Source: Squalus acanthias
Lineage: Eukaryota
Reading direction: 5' to 3'
Length of the DNA: 64,000 nt
Assembly (NCBI GenBank): GCA_030390025.1
Contig: CM059449.1
Span: 13,702,001 to 13,766,000, forward strand
Shown: piece by piece, positions 11,230-24,914 of the stretch
Layout of the letters: the number at the start of each line of letters is the position of its first letter
Position numbering within the stretch: position 1 is the first letter of the stretch
Position numbers and translations under genes: made by a program
The notes under the pieces: model-generated
Databases searched by the model: none
What the model was told of the DNA's origin: nothing
What the model saw: only the letters and a program-made list of their open reading frames with translations

Positions 11230-14150
11230 AAAGTATTCAACTGGAGGAGTGCTAAGTTTAGGGACTTGAAAAGGGATCTGGCCCAGGTGGATTGGAATCC
11301 AGGATTGGCAGGTAAAACAGCAAATGAGCAATGGGAGGCCTTCAGAGTAGATAGTTCAGGTACAGAGTAGACACACTCTCATGAGGAGGAAAGGAAGGGT
11401 TTCCAAAGCTCGAGTTCCCTGGATGACTAAAGATATCGAAATTAAAATGAAACAGAAAAAGGAGGTTTATGTTAAATGTCAGGTTCATAATTCAGTAGAG
11501 AACCAAGCTGAATATAAATAGTACTGGGGAGAACTGAAAAATGAAGTAAGAGGGCCAAATAGAATATATGGGAATAGATTAGCAGGTAACTTAAAAGAGA
11601 ACCAAAATCATTTATAAATATATAAATAGTAAACAGCTAGTCAAAGGAACGGTGGTGCCGATTAGGCACCAGAAAGATCATCTTGTTGAGACAGAGGGCA
11701 TGGCTGAGGTAATAAATGAGTACTTTGCATCTGCCTTCACTACAGAAGAGGATGCTTCCAATGTCACAGTAAAGGTGGAGGTAGTAGAGAAATTGGATAG
11801 GATAAAAATATATCAAGAGGAGGTACTTAAAAGATTGGCAGCGCTCGAAATAGAAAAGTCACCCAGTCCGGATGGGATGCATCATATGTTGCTGAGGGAA
11901 GTAACAGTGGAAATTGCGGAGGCTCTGGCCACAACCTTCCAATCCGCCTTAGATATGGGATTGCTGCCAGAGGACTGGAGGATTGAAAATGTTACACCCG
12001 TGTTCAAAAAGGAGGAGAGGGATAAACCCGGCAGTTACAGACCAATATGCCTAACGTCGGTGGTGGGGAAACTTTTGGAGTAATTAATCCAGGACAAAAT
12101 TAATTGGCACTTGGAAAATATGGGTCAATAAATGAAACCCAGCACGGATTTGTTAATGGCGATGTCGTGTATATGGACTTACAAGAGGCGTTTGATAAAG
12201 TACCACAAAATAGACTTGTGAGCAAAATTAAATCCATGGGTTTAATGAGGCAGTGGCTGCATGGATACGAAATTGGCTAAGGGACAGAAAGCAGAGAGTA
12301 GTGGTGAATGCTTGTTTTTCTGACGGGAGTGAAGTATACAGTGGTGTCACCCAGGGGTCGGTGTTGGGACCAATGCTTTTTTTGATATACATTAATGACC
12401 TGGCCTTGGGTGTACAGGGCATAATTTCAAAGTTTGCAGATGACACGAAACTCGGAAAAGTAGTAAACAATGAGGAGGATAGTAACAGACTTCAGGAAGA
12501 CATAGACAGACTGGTGAAATGGGCAGACACATGGCAGATGTAATTTGACGCAGAGAAGTGCGAAGTGATTCTTTTTAGGTAGGTATAATGAGGAAAGGCA
12601 ATATAAACTGAATGGTACGATTATAAAGGGGGTGCAGGAAAAGAGAGACCTGGGAAGGTAGAAGGACAAGTTGAGAAAAAAGATAAAAAGGCTTACAGGA
12701 TCCTTGGCTTTATGAATAGAGGAATAGAGTACAAAAGCAACGAAGTTATGCTAAACCTTTTATAAATCACTAATTAGGCCCCAGTTGGAGTATTGTGGCA
12801 ACTTCTGGGCATCACACTTTAGGAAAGATGTCAAGGCATTAGAGAGGATGCAGATGAGATTTACTAGAATGGTACCAGTGATGAAAGACTCAGGGCACGA
12901 TCTTACCTTTTGGTGCGAGTGGGGAGCGGGTCAGCTGACCTGCGGGTTCCGATCCCGCCCCCAACGACGCCCGACGCACAGACGCTATTTTGCGTCCATT
13001 GGCCTTGTTAAGCCCGCCCTGCGGGCTTGCCGGCCAATTAAGAGAAAATTGGTGTCAGTTGATGACGCGTTATCTGCCGTTTTTCTTAAAGGGGACATGC
13101 TCATTTTTGTTTGATAGATGACTTTTCAGTGTTTGACAGCATTGAGGTGCTGCAAACGCTGACAATCACTGTACAAAGGGGAGCCCTTGCACCCAGACTC
13201 TCCAAAGGCTCTTTCCTTAGGATAAAACAGATGGCAGCTGCAGGTGAGGTTACAGAAGCGATCTGTCACTGGTGAGAGAGGTTCTCCAAATGAGGTGGGA
13301 CTACACAAACACTTCAAACCTTATTACCTACAGAAAAGTCTAAATACATTAAATATGATTTTCCCAGCATTTTCTTACCTCTGAAACTCACCAGTGTACC
13401 ATTGGATCCTTCACACCACTTCTGCAGCTGTCATCAATGAAGTAACATTACAGTAGACTCACAACAGGACTCACTTACCTGGCGTTTTGTCCGGACGTCG
13501 GGAAGCCCACAGTCGATCTGGCAAAATTGAAAAAAGCCTCTTAATTGCCTGTTAACTACCTGTTAACAGGCAGTTAAGTGCCTATAACCCTCTTCCCGCC
13601 GCTAGGTGTCGGGTCCCTGCGCAATTCGGGGACCCAACACTTGGGAAGATTGTATGGAGGCGGTTGATAGCGGGTTCGGGACCCGCTGTCAATCTTTGCA
13701 ATTTTGCCAGCAGTCCCGCCTCCAAACTCGCCCCCTGAGTGCCGGCAAAATTCCCCCCTCAGTTGCGTAGAGTGACTAGAGAAACTCAGGTTGTTCTATT
13801 TAGAGCAGAGAAGGGGAAGGGACGATTTGATGGAGATGTTCAAAATCTTGAAGGGATTTGACAGAGTAAATAAAGATAAACTGTTTCCAATGGCAGAAAG
13901 GTTGCTAACCAGAGAACACCGATTTAAGGTAAATGGCAAAATAACCAGAGACAACATGAGGAAAAAATACACAGCGAGTTGTTATGATCTGAAAGGCACT
14001 GCCTGTAATGGTGGTGAAAGCAGAATCAATGGTAACTTTCAAAAGAGAATTGGATAAATACTTGAACAGGACAAATTTGCAAGGCTTTGAGGAAAGAGCA
14101 GGGGGGTGGGATTAATTAGGGGCACGATGATCTGAGTGGCCACTTTCTGT
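11230..14150 (+). mobile_element. Degenerate CR1 LINE ORF2 (interrupted by a DNA element)
   Basis: KSPSPDGMH, PEDWRIENVTPVFKK, YRPICLTS, QGSVLGP, FADDTKL; multiple stops and frameshifts. Confidence 0.92.
12893..13758. mobile_element. Non-autonomous DNA transposon nested in a CR1
   Basis: Interrupts CR1 ORF2 sequence; GGG...CCC termini with imperfect TIRs; 3-bp TSD TCA (12890-12892, 13759-13761). Confidence 0.7.
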
Positions 14151-14159
14151 GCTTTATTT

Positions 14160-14650
14160 TATTCGTTCCTGGGACGTGGGCGTCGCTAGCAAGGCCAGCA
14201 TTTATTGGCCATCCCTAATTGCCCTTGAGAAGGTGGTGGTGAGCCGCCTTCTTAAACCGCTGCAGTCCTTGTGGTGAAGGTACTCCCACAGTGCTGTTAG
14301 GGAGGGAGTTCCAGGATTTTGACCCAGCGACGATGAAGGAACGGCAATATATTTCCAAGTCAGGATGGCGTGTGACTTGGAGGGGAACTGGCAGGTGATG
14401 GTGTTCCCATGCACCTGCTGCCCTTATCCTTCTAAGTGGTAGAGGTTGCGGGTTTGGGAAGTGCTGCCGAAGAAGCCTTGGCGAGTTGCTGCAGTGCATC
14501 TTGTAGATGCTGCACACTGCAGCCACGGTACGTGGGTGGTGCAGGGAGTGAATGTTTAAGGTGGTGGATGGGGTGCCAATCAAGTGGGCTGCTTTGTCCT
14601 CGATGGTGTCGAGCTTCTTGAGTGTTGTTGGAGCTGCACTCATCCAGGCT
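14160..14650 (-). mobile_element. Non-LTR retrotransposon ORF2 C-terminus and 3' tail (second LINE family)
   Basis: LKKLDTIEDKAAHLIG...KSWNSLPNSTV...FKKAAHHHLLKGN; near-identical copy at 18010-18580. Confidence 0.8.
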
Positions 14651-15192
14651 GTATAATTCTATTATTCCATGATACATACGGGCTGCTTGGCTCAGCTATC
14701 AGGTTTGCAAGTCTATCACAGACGGTCGAACTATTTTCGCATCTCCAGGCTTGAGATGCTGGCGTCAAACTGCCTCCAAAGAGACCCCGATTGTCCACAA
14801 ATATGATTTTCACTACTGGTCATTAACAACTGTCAACTACCGCTTTGAACCTTCACTGCTCGAACAGGAGATGGCAACAGTGCTTGCGAGGTGAGCAACA
14901 GAACACACAAAACATTTCTGAGCTGCATTGCCACCGTCCTCGTGATTACAACGTGAATGCCACGTTATATCCAAAGGCATAACTGTTCCTTCAGTAGGAA
15001 GTGTGGAGGTTCCGCAAAGGCCGTGTATCTGTCTGAAAACTATGATCTTAAGGACATTAGAACATATCTACATTGCTTTAAAATGTTCTTTGCACTTTTT
15101 AAATTTGCAGCATGGGTAGGTAGAGGTTTTTAATCACCCTTCACAATGATAATACGCGTTTAAATTTGCGGCCTCTTAAAATGCTTGATGTA

Positions 15193-16465
15193 CGGCAGCA
15201 TAGTGGTTATGTTACTGGACGAGTAATCCCAAGAAGCCTGGACAGGTTGGGTGATTGGGCAGATGCATGGCAGATGCAGTATAATGTGGATAAATGTGAG
15301 GTTATCCACTTTGGTGGCAAAAACAGGAAGGCAGATTATTATCTGAACAGCAATAGATAGGGAAAAGGGGAAGTGCAACGAGACCTGGGTGTCCTTGTGC
15401 ACCAGTCGCTGAAGGTAAGCATGCAGGTGCAGCAGGCGGTTAAGAAGGCAAATGGTATGTTGGCCTTCATAGCGAGAGGATTCGAGTACAGGAACAAGGA
15501 TGTCTTGCTGCAGTTGTACAGGGCCTTGGTGAGCCTACACCTTAGAGTATTGTGTGCAGTTTTGGTCGCCTTATCTGAGGAAGGATGTTCTTGCCATGGA
15601 GGGAGTGCAGCGAAGATTCACCAGACTGATACCTGGGATAGCAGGAATGATGTATGAAGAGAGATTGGGTCGATTGAGCTTGTATTCGCTAGAGTTTAGA
15701 AGAATGAGAGGGGATCTCATTGAAACTTATAAAATTCTAACAGGACTAGACAGACTAGATGCAGGAAGGATGTTCCCGATGGCGGGGGAGTCCAGAACCA
15801 GGGGTCACAGTCTAAAGATAAGGGGTAAGCCATTTAGGACTGAGATGAGGAGGAATTTCTTCACCCAGAGAGTGGTGAACCTGTGGAATTCTCTACCACA
15901 GAAGGCAGTTGAGTCCAATTCATTAAATATATTCAAGAAGCAGTTAGATATATTTCTTAAGGCTAAGGGATCAAGGGATATGGGGAGAAAGCAGGGACAG
16001 GGTACTGAATTTGGATGATCAGCCATGATCGCATTGAATGGTGGAGCAGGCTCGAGGGGCCGAATGGCCTACTCCTGCTCCTATCTTCTATGTTTCTATG
16101 TTTCTATGGACAAATGATCCAGATACACGAGTTCAAATCCCACCACGCCAGCAGTGGAATTTAAATTCAAATAATTAAATCTGGAATAAAAAGCCAGTAT
16201 CAGTAATGTTGACCATGAATCTACCGGATTTTGTCGTTAAAAACGACATCTAGTTCACTAATGTCCTTTAGGTAAGGAAATCTGCCCCCCGTACCCGGGC
16301 TGGCCGATAAGTGACTCCAGAAATGTAGTTGACCCTGAACTGCCCTCTGAAATGGCCTAGTAAGCCAATCAGTTGTTACCACCACCTTCTCAAGGGCAAC
16401 TAGGGATGAGCCATAAATGCTGGCCTTGCCAGCGATGTCCACATCCCATGGCTGAATTAAACAAA
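15193..16465 (+). mobile_element. tRNA-type SINE split by a CR1 insertion
   Basis: A-box-like agcatagtggtt near 15200 and B-box-like gttcaaatcc at 16131 are separated by the CR1 copy. The 3' end accaccttctcaagggcaa...gctggccttgccagcg matches the tail of the 14160-14650 LINE. Confidence 0.65.
15245..16106 (+). mobile_element. CR1 LINE 3' fragment
   Basis: WQMQYNVDKCEVIHFG...FFTQRVVNLWNSLP; (tttctatg)n tail; tggaca duplicated at both junctions. Confidence 0.92.
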
Positions 16466-16899
16466 AATGGAATCAGAAGTGATATTTCTCATCAGATCTC
16501 TGAAGGACAACCGCCGTTGTTGTGGTGGGAGGAAGGCTCGACACTTTAGAGTTTGCCATGTGACAGCTGCCTAAAGGCTCTGGGCATCCATGTCCAAAGC
16601 CACACTACAGGCTTACTCTTCGACAACTGTTCCATCCAGCTGTTCTTTTATCAATAGATGTCCGCACCATAAGGCCTGTCAGGACACGGAGCAATGGTTA
16701 ATACCAGAACTCTAACCCTCCCTAGCACTGTTGATTGCTTTTACCAAAAAAACTACCTTCCAGCTTAGTTATGGATCCAGCGCATTGATGGAAGGAATCT
16801 ATTCCGAACTGTAGGGGAAGAATAGCTCGTGTGGTTGTTTTCAGTTTCAACATAAACACATTTTTTTTCGAATGAATTGATAATGCCGTTACATAGACT

Positions 16900-17290
16900 T
16901 GTGGAATATTACAACACAGAAAGAGGCCATTCTGCCCATTAGTGCCTGTGCCATCTCTTTGAAAAAGCTATCAAATTAGTCCCACTTCAACGCTCTTTCT
17001 CAATTGCCCTGAAAATTCAAGTATTTATCCAATTCCCTTTCGAAAGTTTCTATCGAATCTGCTTCCACCACCCTTTCAGGCAGTCCAGATCATAACAACT
17101 CGCAGTGTAAAAGAAATATCTCGTCTTATTTCTGGTTCTTTTGCCAATTATATTCAATCTGCGTCCGCTGGTTACCCACCCTCCCACCAGTGGAAACAAT
17201 TTCTCCTTCTGGGTTCTATCAAAACCATTTTGAACGTCACTATTAAATTTCCCCTTAACCTTCTCTGCTCTAAGGGGAACAATCCCAGCG
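16900..17290 (-). mobile_element. CR1 3' fragment
   Basis: KEKLFPLVGGWVT; CR1 3' UTR. Confidence 0.75.
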
Positions 17291-18009
17291 GGCCCAATAC
17301 ACATGGGGACCAGAGAAGTTCTTCCGCCTGTAGAATATCTTCTGTAGACCAGTAGATTAACTTAAATTAAAATGTGTAAGGGACCTTGTGGCTTTGGTTT
17401 TAAAGTGCATAAAACCATCAAGTATTTGTACATGTTGCCTTTTCATTGCAGACGCCCGATGTGACTATACCACTGAAAGCTCTAACCACCGTACAACTAA
17501 AGCTTATATACGTGTTTGAGTATAGATTATGGTCAATTATTCAGTGTATTGGAAAATATATTTCGCAAGATCAATAAACCAATTACCGCTCCAGTTTTTA
17601 ATGTGAAACTACCAGATATGCGAAAGAATGCTTGCGTGGGTGTCAATTGCTTGTAACAAACTTAAACCACAAGACATTATCTGATAAGAAACAACTATGC
17701 CAGGTATTGAAGTAATACTTTCCATCAAAGGTTAACGAGAGCAGAAATTATTTGCAAGACAGATTGAGAAAATGTCATTTATAAATATTAAACAAAGACA
17801 TTGCAAAACAAGATATCTTTTCTGAGAAAAAGAAAGTGTGGAGTGATAGAAAAATAAATCATTCATCTTCTGGTTATATATTTTTCAGGCTTGAAGTGAC
17901 CTTAAAAGGATAACATTTATTTTAATAGAAGACAGATTCTAGAGTGGTTTTAATATTCTGTTAAAATACATATTTCAATCTACTGCTGAGACAACAATGG
18001 AGAGTAATA

Positions 18010-18580
18010 TTATTCCTTCATGGGATGTGAGCGTCGCTGGCAAGGCCTTGGGAAAGTGGTGGTGATCCGCCTTCTTGAACCGCTGCAGTCCGTGTGGTGA
18101 AGGTACTCCCACAGTGCTGTTAGGGAGGGAGTTCCAGGATTTTGACCCAGCGACGATGAAGGAACGGCGATATACTTCCAAGTCAGGGTGTTGTGTGACT
18201 TGGAGGGTAACTTGGAGGTGGTGGTGTTCCCATGCGCCTGCTGCCCTTGTCCTTCTAGGTGGCAGAGGTCGTGGGTTTGGGAGGTGCTGCCGGAAAAGCC
18301 TTGGCGAGTTGCTGCAGTGCATCCTCTAGATGCTACACACTGCAGCCACGGTGCGCCGGTGGCGGAGGGAGTGAATGCTTAAGGTGGTGGATGGGGTGCC
18401 AAACAAGTGGCCTACTTTGTCTTGGATGGTGTCGAGCTTCTTGAGTGTTGTTGGAGCTGTACTGATCCAGTCAAGTGGAAAGTATTCCATCACACTCCTG
18501 ACTTGTGCCTTGTAGATGGTGGAAAGGCTTTGGGGAGTCAGGAGGTCAGACACTCGCCGCAGAATACCCAGCCTCTGAGC
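18010..18580 (-). mobile_element. Second copy of the same LINE 3' end
   Basis: IYKAQVRSVMEY...KSWNSLPNSTV. Confidence 0.8.
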
Positions 18581-20379
18581 GGGGTTTAAAACCGACGTTG
18601 CACCCTATCTCGCCAGTTTCCCGAGGTTGCAGGTTAAGTTAAAATTGCCCCCGACATTTCTGCTTTTATCGGTTTGGACTTCAGTACATTTCAATATTCT
18701 CAGCAGTTTGTTTAAGCTGCAGGCTCCTTACGTTTTTACCATCCTTTGCTAAAATATGAATTAGCTCTGCTGGGCTTCAAGTCTTTAATGGTTTATATTT
18801 CTAGCTCACTTACAGAACAATGTCTCAGAACATTTCACATGGCAGAGAGAAAAATATATAAGCACATAGTATAAGGGGGCAGAGATTGAGGAAAGAACAA
18901 TAGGGATCATAGGCACAAAGTGGTAAAAAGCAGATTTATTGACTGGTGCTTTTATACAAAAAATATAGATGCACTCCCTACATTGTATTCCCCTTTAATA
19001 CTAAGCTCAAGATGTATGAATTGGCCGCATATATAAACTTTAATCCTGTATTTGCTTTCTGCTTCGGTTTTAAAGGGTGTGTGAGACCATATTTTATCTG
19101 TATGTGGTTAAGTACTGCTGAAAGAAATATTACCTGACTAAAAAGTACTTAATTGGCTGTAAAGTGCTTTTGTACGTCTGGTGGTCGTGAAAGGCGCTAT
19201 ATAAATGCAAGTCTTTCTATCTCTGTTTGTGCAAGTGAGTAAATTTAATAAGAAGACTGTAAAGCAAGAATAAGTCATTGCTTGTTTGCATGCAGTTTAG
19301 AAGCAAATCTGTTCGTATTGATATTTGACAGAAACTCTTATTTTCCTGGGCTCTGGTTTTGTAGAAGGTAGAAGCCAAATTACTCCTAAACTCATCTCAC
19401 ACATCGGCCAAATATTTCTCTTCGAAGAAAGATCTTAGGAAATACAACAAAAGGGAGAGGGGACAATGGGTAAGGCTACATCTGAGGACGTATTTGCTCA
19501 CCACAGTGCGAGATTGATATTGCTTTGCCGCAGATGGCAATTTATTCGGCCATTATGCCCTGGTAGGCCGAAACTCACTCCATAATTCTGAACACCTTGC
19601 TGCATCCTTCCTTTTAAAAGCCATTTTGAAACATTTCACTTCCAAAGATAATTTTAGATGAGAGAAGCCATGCGGTCAAACCTAATCACCCTTCCATGTA
19701 AACCTACTACTCCCCCATTGGAGAATTTCAATTGTTTTTGGAATGACCCCACAGTTTTTGCCTCCACTAAACAACTTGGAGAATCTATAGTCTTCTGTAT
19801 AAAGAAGTATTTCCTGACAACAATCTGTAAATCAACTTTTTTTTAACCAGGTAGTACCTATGCTCCCTTTTGTCCTTCCCTCCATCGCTGTCCCCTATTA
19901 CTAGGTGTTTACTTTTTTCCCACTATGCTCTGCGAAATGCTCTGAGACATTGTTCTGTAGGTGAGCATCTCTGTAGAAATAAAGACTATTATTGACATTT
20001 ATGCTATTATTATTTAACTGTATAGCAACAATTCCAATTGGTTGTTACCATGAACAGCAATAGGAAAACAACAAATAGTCGGCCTGAAATGCAGTTTAAT
20101 TGATAAGGGCTAGAACGTTACATTTCACAATACAAAACTGTAAAACTGTGATACATTGAAGCATACATATCAGCCCGCACATACGTTCAAACTTGTTGTT
20201 GCAAAATAGGAGGGTTACCTATAAGAAGTCCAGATTATTAGTTAAACACATGTAACAATTTGCTCTCCGGACAGAGCGTTACTTAAATAGAGACACAAAT
20301 TTCTGTTAAACTGATACAAGTACTATTAATCACGTGAAATAATTCTTAAAATAACGGAAAATCGCATAACAATCTTACG

Positions 20380-20560
20380 AAATAACAACAGAAAACGCTG
20401 GAAAAACTCAGCAGGCCGAGGCAGCATCCGTGGAGAGAGAAACAGAGTTAACATTTCAGGTCGAAGACCTTTCATCAGAACTGGAGACAGCAGGAAATCA
20501 AATAGATTTAAAGCAAGGATAAAGCTGGGGAAAGGGGGAGGGGATAAAAGAAAAAAGGAG
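20380..20560 (-). mobile_element. Solo Penelope-like terminal repeat
   Basis: Matches the 10740-10930 repeat in reverse; contains a hammerhead motif at 20446-20482. Confidence 0.75.
20446..20482 (-). ncRNA. Minimal hammerhead ribozyme motif
   Basis: Minus strand reads agtt-CTGATGA-a-aggtc(ttc)gacct-GAAA-tg-TT-aact. Confidence 0.65.
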
Positions 20561-20709
20561 AGATTAAGAGACATTAAGAGATATCAAGGCAAGAGGTGGT
20601 GTTAATGTGTTAAGGCTGAAAGAAGTGTGAAATGCAATGGCAGTCTTACGAGTTGCTTTCAGTGCATACATGCAAACCTACATTAATATCATGCATTATA
20701 TGTTATATT

Positions 20710-21450
20710 TATATGGCACAGTTTTAAAGAGTGTGCAGGGACAGGGGGACCTGGGAGTTAATGTGCATAGGTCCCTGAAGGTGGCAGGACATATTGAGAG
20801 AGTGGTTAGCAAAGCATATGGGATCTTGGGTTACATAAATAGAGGTATTGAGTACAAAAGTAGAGAAGTTATGCTGAACCTTTATAAAGTGCTGGTTAGG
20901 CCACAACTGGAGTATTGCGTCCAGTTTTAGTCACCACACTTTAGGAAGGATGTGAAGCCACTTGAGAGGGTGCAGAGGTGATTTGCCAGAATTGTTCCGG
21001 GGAAGGGGGATCTTAGCTACAAGGACAGGTTGGAGAAGCTGGATTTGTTTTCATTAGAGCAAAGGAGGTTGAGGGGTGATTTGATAGAGGTGTACAAGAT
21101 TACGACGGGTTTGTATAGGCTAGACGGGGAGAGGCTGTTTCCACTAGTTGATGGTACAAGGACTAGGGGACACAGATTTAAGGTTTTGGGCAAGAGATAC
21201 AGGGGGCATGTGAGAAAAAACTTTTTTACGCAGCGAGTGGTGAGGACCTGGAACTCACTGCCGATGGAAGTTGTGGAAGCGGAAACACTCAATGTTTTCT
21301 AGGGGTGTCTGGATAGGCACTTGAGGAAAATAAACTTGCAGGGCTACGGGATAGAGCGGGGGAATGGGACTGACTGGATTGCTCTGCAGAGAGCCGGCAC
21401 GGACTCGATAGGCCGAATGGCCTCGTTCTGTGCCGTTATGACTATGATTC
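20710..21450 (+). mobile_element. CR1 3' fragment
   Basis: LYKVLVRPQLEYCVQF, FFTQRVVRTWNSLP. Confidence 0.9.
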
Positions 21451-22543
21451 TAATAATGTTGTTTCCTTTTTTTTACTGATAGGTGGTGTATGTTCTACTG
21501 AAGTGCCTAAAATTCCTATTTGATAGACAGTGAGATATTTGTACACATATACATTCCTTTCAGTTCTGCTTGTTCCTATACTTCATGTTTTCAGTTGCTA
21601 GTTAGAGGCAATGTACGGGAAGACACATTGTATAGAACGCCCTTCCCCAGTTCAAAGTGGCATTATCAAGGTTTTTGCCTTCCAGATTAACAGTGAAAAT
21701 AGTCGGGATAAGGAAGACTTTCTCCAGTCAACAGCTGTCTGGAGTGCAAACCTTCGGATACCAATCTGGGGGCCATCTGGTAATATTGTTTCCTATGTCA
21801 GCTCCAACAAACAACTGTACAGCACAACACACGTAACAAGGGCCACTTTTATCATTGAGAAAGCCAGGTGTAGGGCTGAAACCCGCTGTAAGGAACACAA
21901 CAGAGGTTGCAAAAAGTCAGGAAAAGGGCATTAGTTGGTGTCAAACTTAGGTTTTCAAAGCCTTTGAATTATAGGAGGCTGGGTGGACCGAGAGAATCGA
22001 GAAACCCCGCATTTCTAAAGTCCTGGGGAAGAATGACTTCAAGCTGCACATTGGGCCATTAGTCTATCTTTGAAAAGGATGAAGGTACAAGGAGGAGAAA
22101 GAAAGCACAGATCGGAGCACTTGTAGTATGAGAGGAGCAAGAGAAACTCAGATAAGCAATGAACATAGTGGCATCGATAAAAGACAAGTCAGAATAGCTG
22201 CAACAAAAAAAGGTGTATAAGTATATTCCTTTCTAATATTTAGGTATTCGAAAGCACTTCAGTGGAATGCACCTTTTCATTATTTGTGAATTGTATCTGA
22301 CAGTTGGTTACACAACGGTAACAGCAACTTCAAAGAGGGGAGAGGTTTATAAACTGAAAAAGGAACAGTACCACCTATTTAAAATGTTATACAACATGTA
22401 TTCTACATCAAGGTTTAAAAACTAGGTATCACACGAAACCAAAAGATTGTAATTAGATGTTCTTATCATACGGTTTGTTTGATACAGCCGGGTGGTGAAA
22501 TAGATATGTGATAAAAATCAGAGGTTGCCGCGCTGGTTGAAAT

Positions 22544-22627
22544 TTACTGCCTGTTCCTTCTTGTCTGTGGTGCACGTTTACTCTTCATCTGAACTTCGTT
22601 ACCGTGACAATGAAGGTAACTATCTTC
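22544..22627 (-). CDS. Gene A putative terminal exon (EDSYLHCHGNEVQMKSKRAPQTRRNRQ*)
   Basis: Acceptor atgttcttgcttcaaatcag|, phase 0 matching exon 6, 27 codons then TAA. No nearby poly(A) signal identified, so less certain. Confidence 0.55.
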   Translation of the reverse strand, partial: EDSYLHCHGNEVQMKSKRAPQTRRNRQ

Positions 22628-22809
22628 CTGATTTGAAGCAAGAACATGAACATTACGTTGGCTAGCATCAAGGTAGAAGGAAGGCATTTTTTCCCCCACT
22701 TAATTTTCTACAGCAAGCATTTATTTCATAACCATTGCTTTCTTTCCTTCAGACCAGTCCTAAACTTGTTTCGACCCAGAAATTATGCTGTGCAAAATTA
22801 GGTTTTCGT

Positions 22810-23080
22810 AAGGCACCACCATTGGCGGCCGTGCCTTCAGCTGCGAAGGACCGAAGCTCTGGAATTCCCTGCCTAAACCATTCCACCTCGCTACCTCTCT
22901 TTCCTCCTTTAAGATGCTCCTTAAAACCTGCCTCTTTGACAAAGCTTTTAGTCATCTTCCCGAATATTTCCTTATGAGGTTCGGTGTCAAATTTTGTTTG
23001 ATAATCGCTCCCGTGAAGCGCCTTGGGACGTTTTACTACGTCAAAGGCGCTATATAAATGCAAGTTGTTGTTGTTGTTGC
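22810..23080 (+). mobile_element. L2 LINE 3' end
   Basis: ggcggccgtgccttcagc...ctctggaattccctgcctaa...gcgctatataaatgcaag followed by a (gtt)n tail. Confidence 0.75.
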
Positions 23081-24389
23081 AAGTGTAAAATTTACAGTTA
23101 TTACACCCTGAGGAAAACGAGTTTCGATGGGAGGCGGTCCCCGGAGTCTATGATGTTTACGGAGTGAGGATGCAGAGAGCAGGAATAGGACAAGGTATGG
23201 AGGACTGAGACATGGAAGATCATAGGGCCAGTGTCAGTATGAATAAAATGGGGGGGGGGAACTTAAAAGGTTGCCACGGTGAAGGAGAGACAGGTAGAAA
23301 AAGATTCATATTAGTGTATTGCTAGATTACATTGTAGAGCCACAGTTACCCTGCACTGCAGGTCTCACTTCCAGGCATACACAGAGTTGCTCTCTTTAGA
23401 AAGCTTCCAAAGGAGAATCTTTGCTTTGTAAACATTTTAGATAAAACGCTTTAAAAGAAAGTGCCCAAGAGCTCCATATAACTTCCTGGGTACTTCGCAA
23501 AGCAAATATCACTCCACCGGGATTTACGCTCTATGCAGTGCCAAACATAACACTCGCTAATCTAGCTCAAGCCCTCACTCTGGATTGGCAGCACGGGTAT
23601 AATGTTGTGCCAAACAGAAACCAGGGCTCAGCATGCCAATAATTGTGCCATCGATGCTCGTTAATTAAAACCCACACGATTAATTGGTCAGATTAAGGAG
23701 CACACAGCAGTCTCTAGAATCGTTATTCTGTATTTTCGAGGCAGGAATCAGTGCCCAAATTGCGAGCTAAGGCCACAAAATAGATGGGGAGTGCTGTGTT
23801 GGAAATCACTGTCTGATTCGTGCAGTGCGCAAGCTTCCTGCTGGCATTCTAGGCCAACGTAAAGAGTTGTCACAGGAGAACTTTGGAGAACTGCATTCAA
23901 AAAGTGAAAGTAATTTAAATAAGGTACTTGGGATCTAAGAAGGACGAATAACACTTTGCATTGGTAGTGCATTGGTCTCCACGTGGAATGACTGCAGTGA
24001 GCTGGAGGTCTTAAAAGAATCGTCGCTTTTTTGTATCTTCTTTTCATTTTCACTTTTTCAGTACCGTAATGTTACTGGGTTTTATTATTGGTTTCATGTT
24101 GCTATTAATTACCTGTCATTATTTTTTTGCATTTTTAATTGTAGTTTGTTTTTTTTAATATCAGAATACATTGGGAATGTAATAGCAAGGTATCTGAAGA
24201 GTCTCTCGAAAGCCTATTGCAATTGAAGCATTTACAAGATATCAGTTTAACAGCGAAAGCTTTAAAAAGGGGGACCACATATCAAGAGACTGAATATAAA
24301 TACTGTTATGGGAGTTCTGGGAGCAACACGGCATCGAAATACAATCTGAAGACTCCCATGGATGTTACCATATTAAGGTACAGTTAATA

Positions 24390-24910
24390 ATGGGTGCACA
24401 GTTCTGGTCTCCTTCTTACAAAAATGATACCGAGGCACTGGAGAAGTTGCAAAAAGGATTTACGAGGGTGATACCAAAACTGAGAGGTTATAACTATCGG
24501 GAAAGATTGAACAGGCTGGGGATTTTTTCTCTGGAAAAGACAAGGCTGAGAGGTAACCAAATAGATGCTTTAAAATGATGATGGGTTCGATAGTGTAGAC
24601 ATAGAGAAGATGTTTCCACTTGTGGGGAGCCTACAACTAGGGGCCATAAATATAAGATAGTCACTAATAAATACAATAAGGAATTCAGGAGAAACTTCTA
24701 TACACAGAGAAAGGTAAGAACGTGGATCTACCACAAGGAGTAGTTGAGGTTAATAGCATAGATGCCTTTAAGGGGAAACTAGGTAAGTACATGAGGGAGA
24801 AAGGAATAGAAGGATATGCTGATAAGGTGAGATAAAGCCGAGTGGGCTCCAGTGGAGCATAAACACCGGCATAGACCAGTTGGGCTGAACAGCTTGTTTC
24901 TGTGCTGTAA
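24390..24910 (+). mobile_element. CR1 3' fragment
   Basis: QFWSPSYKND...LEKLQKGFTRVIP. Confidence 0.85.
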
Positions 24911-24914
24911 TGTG

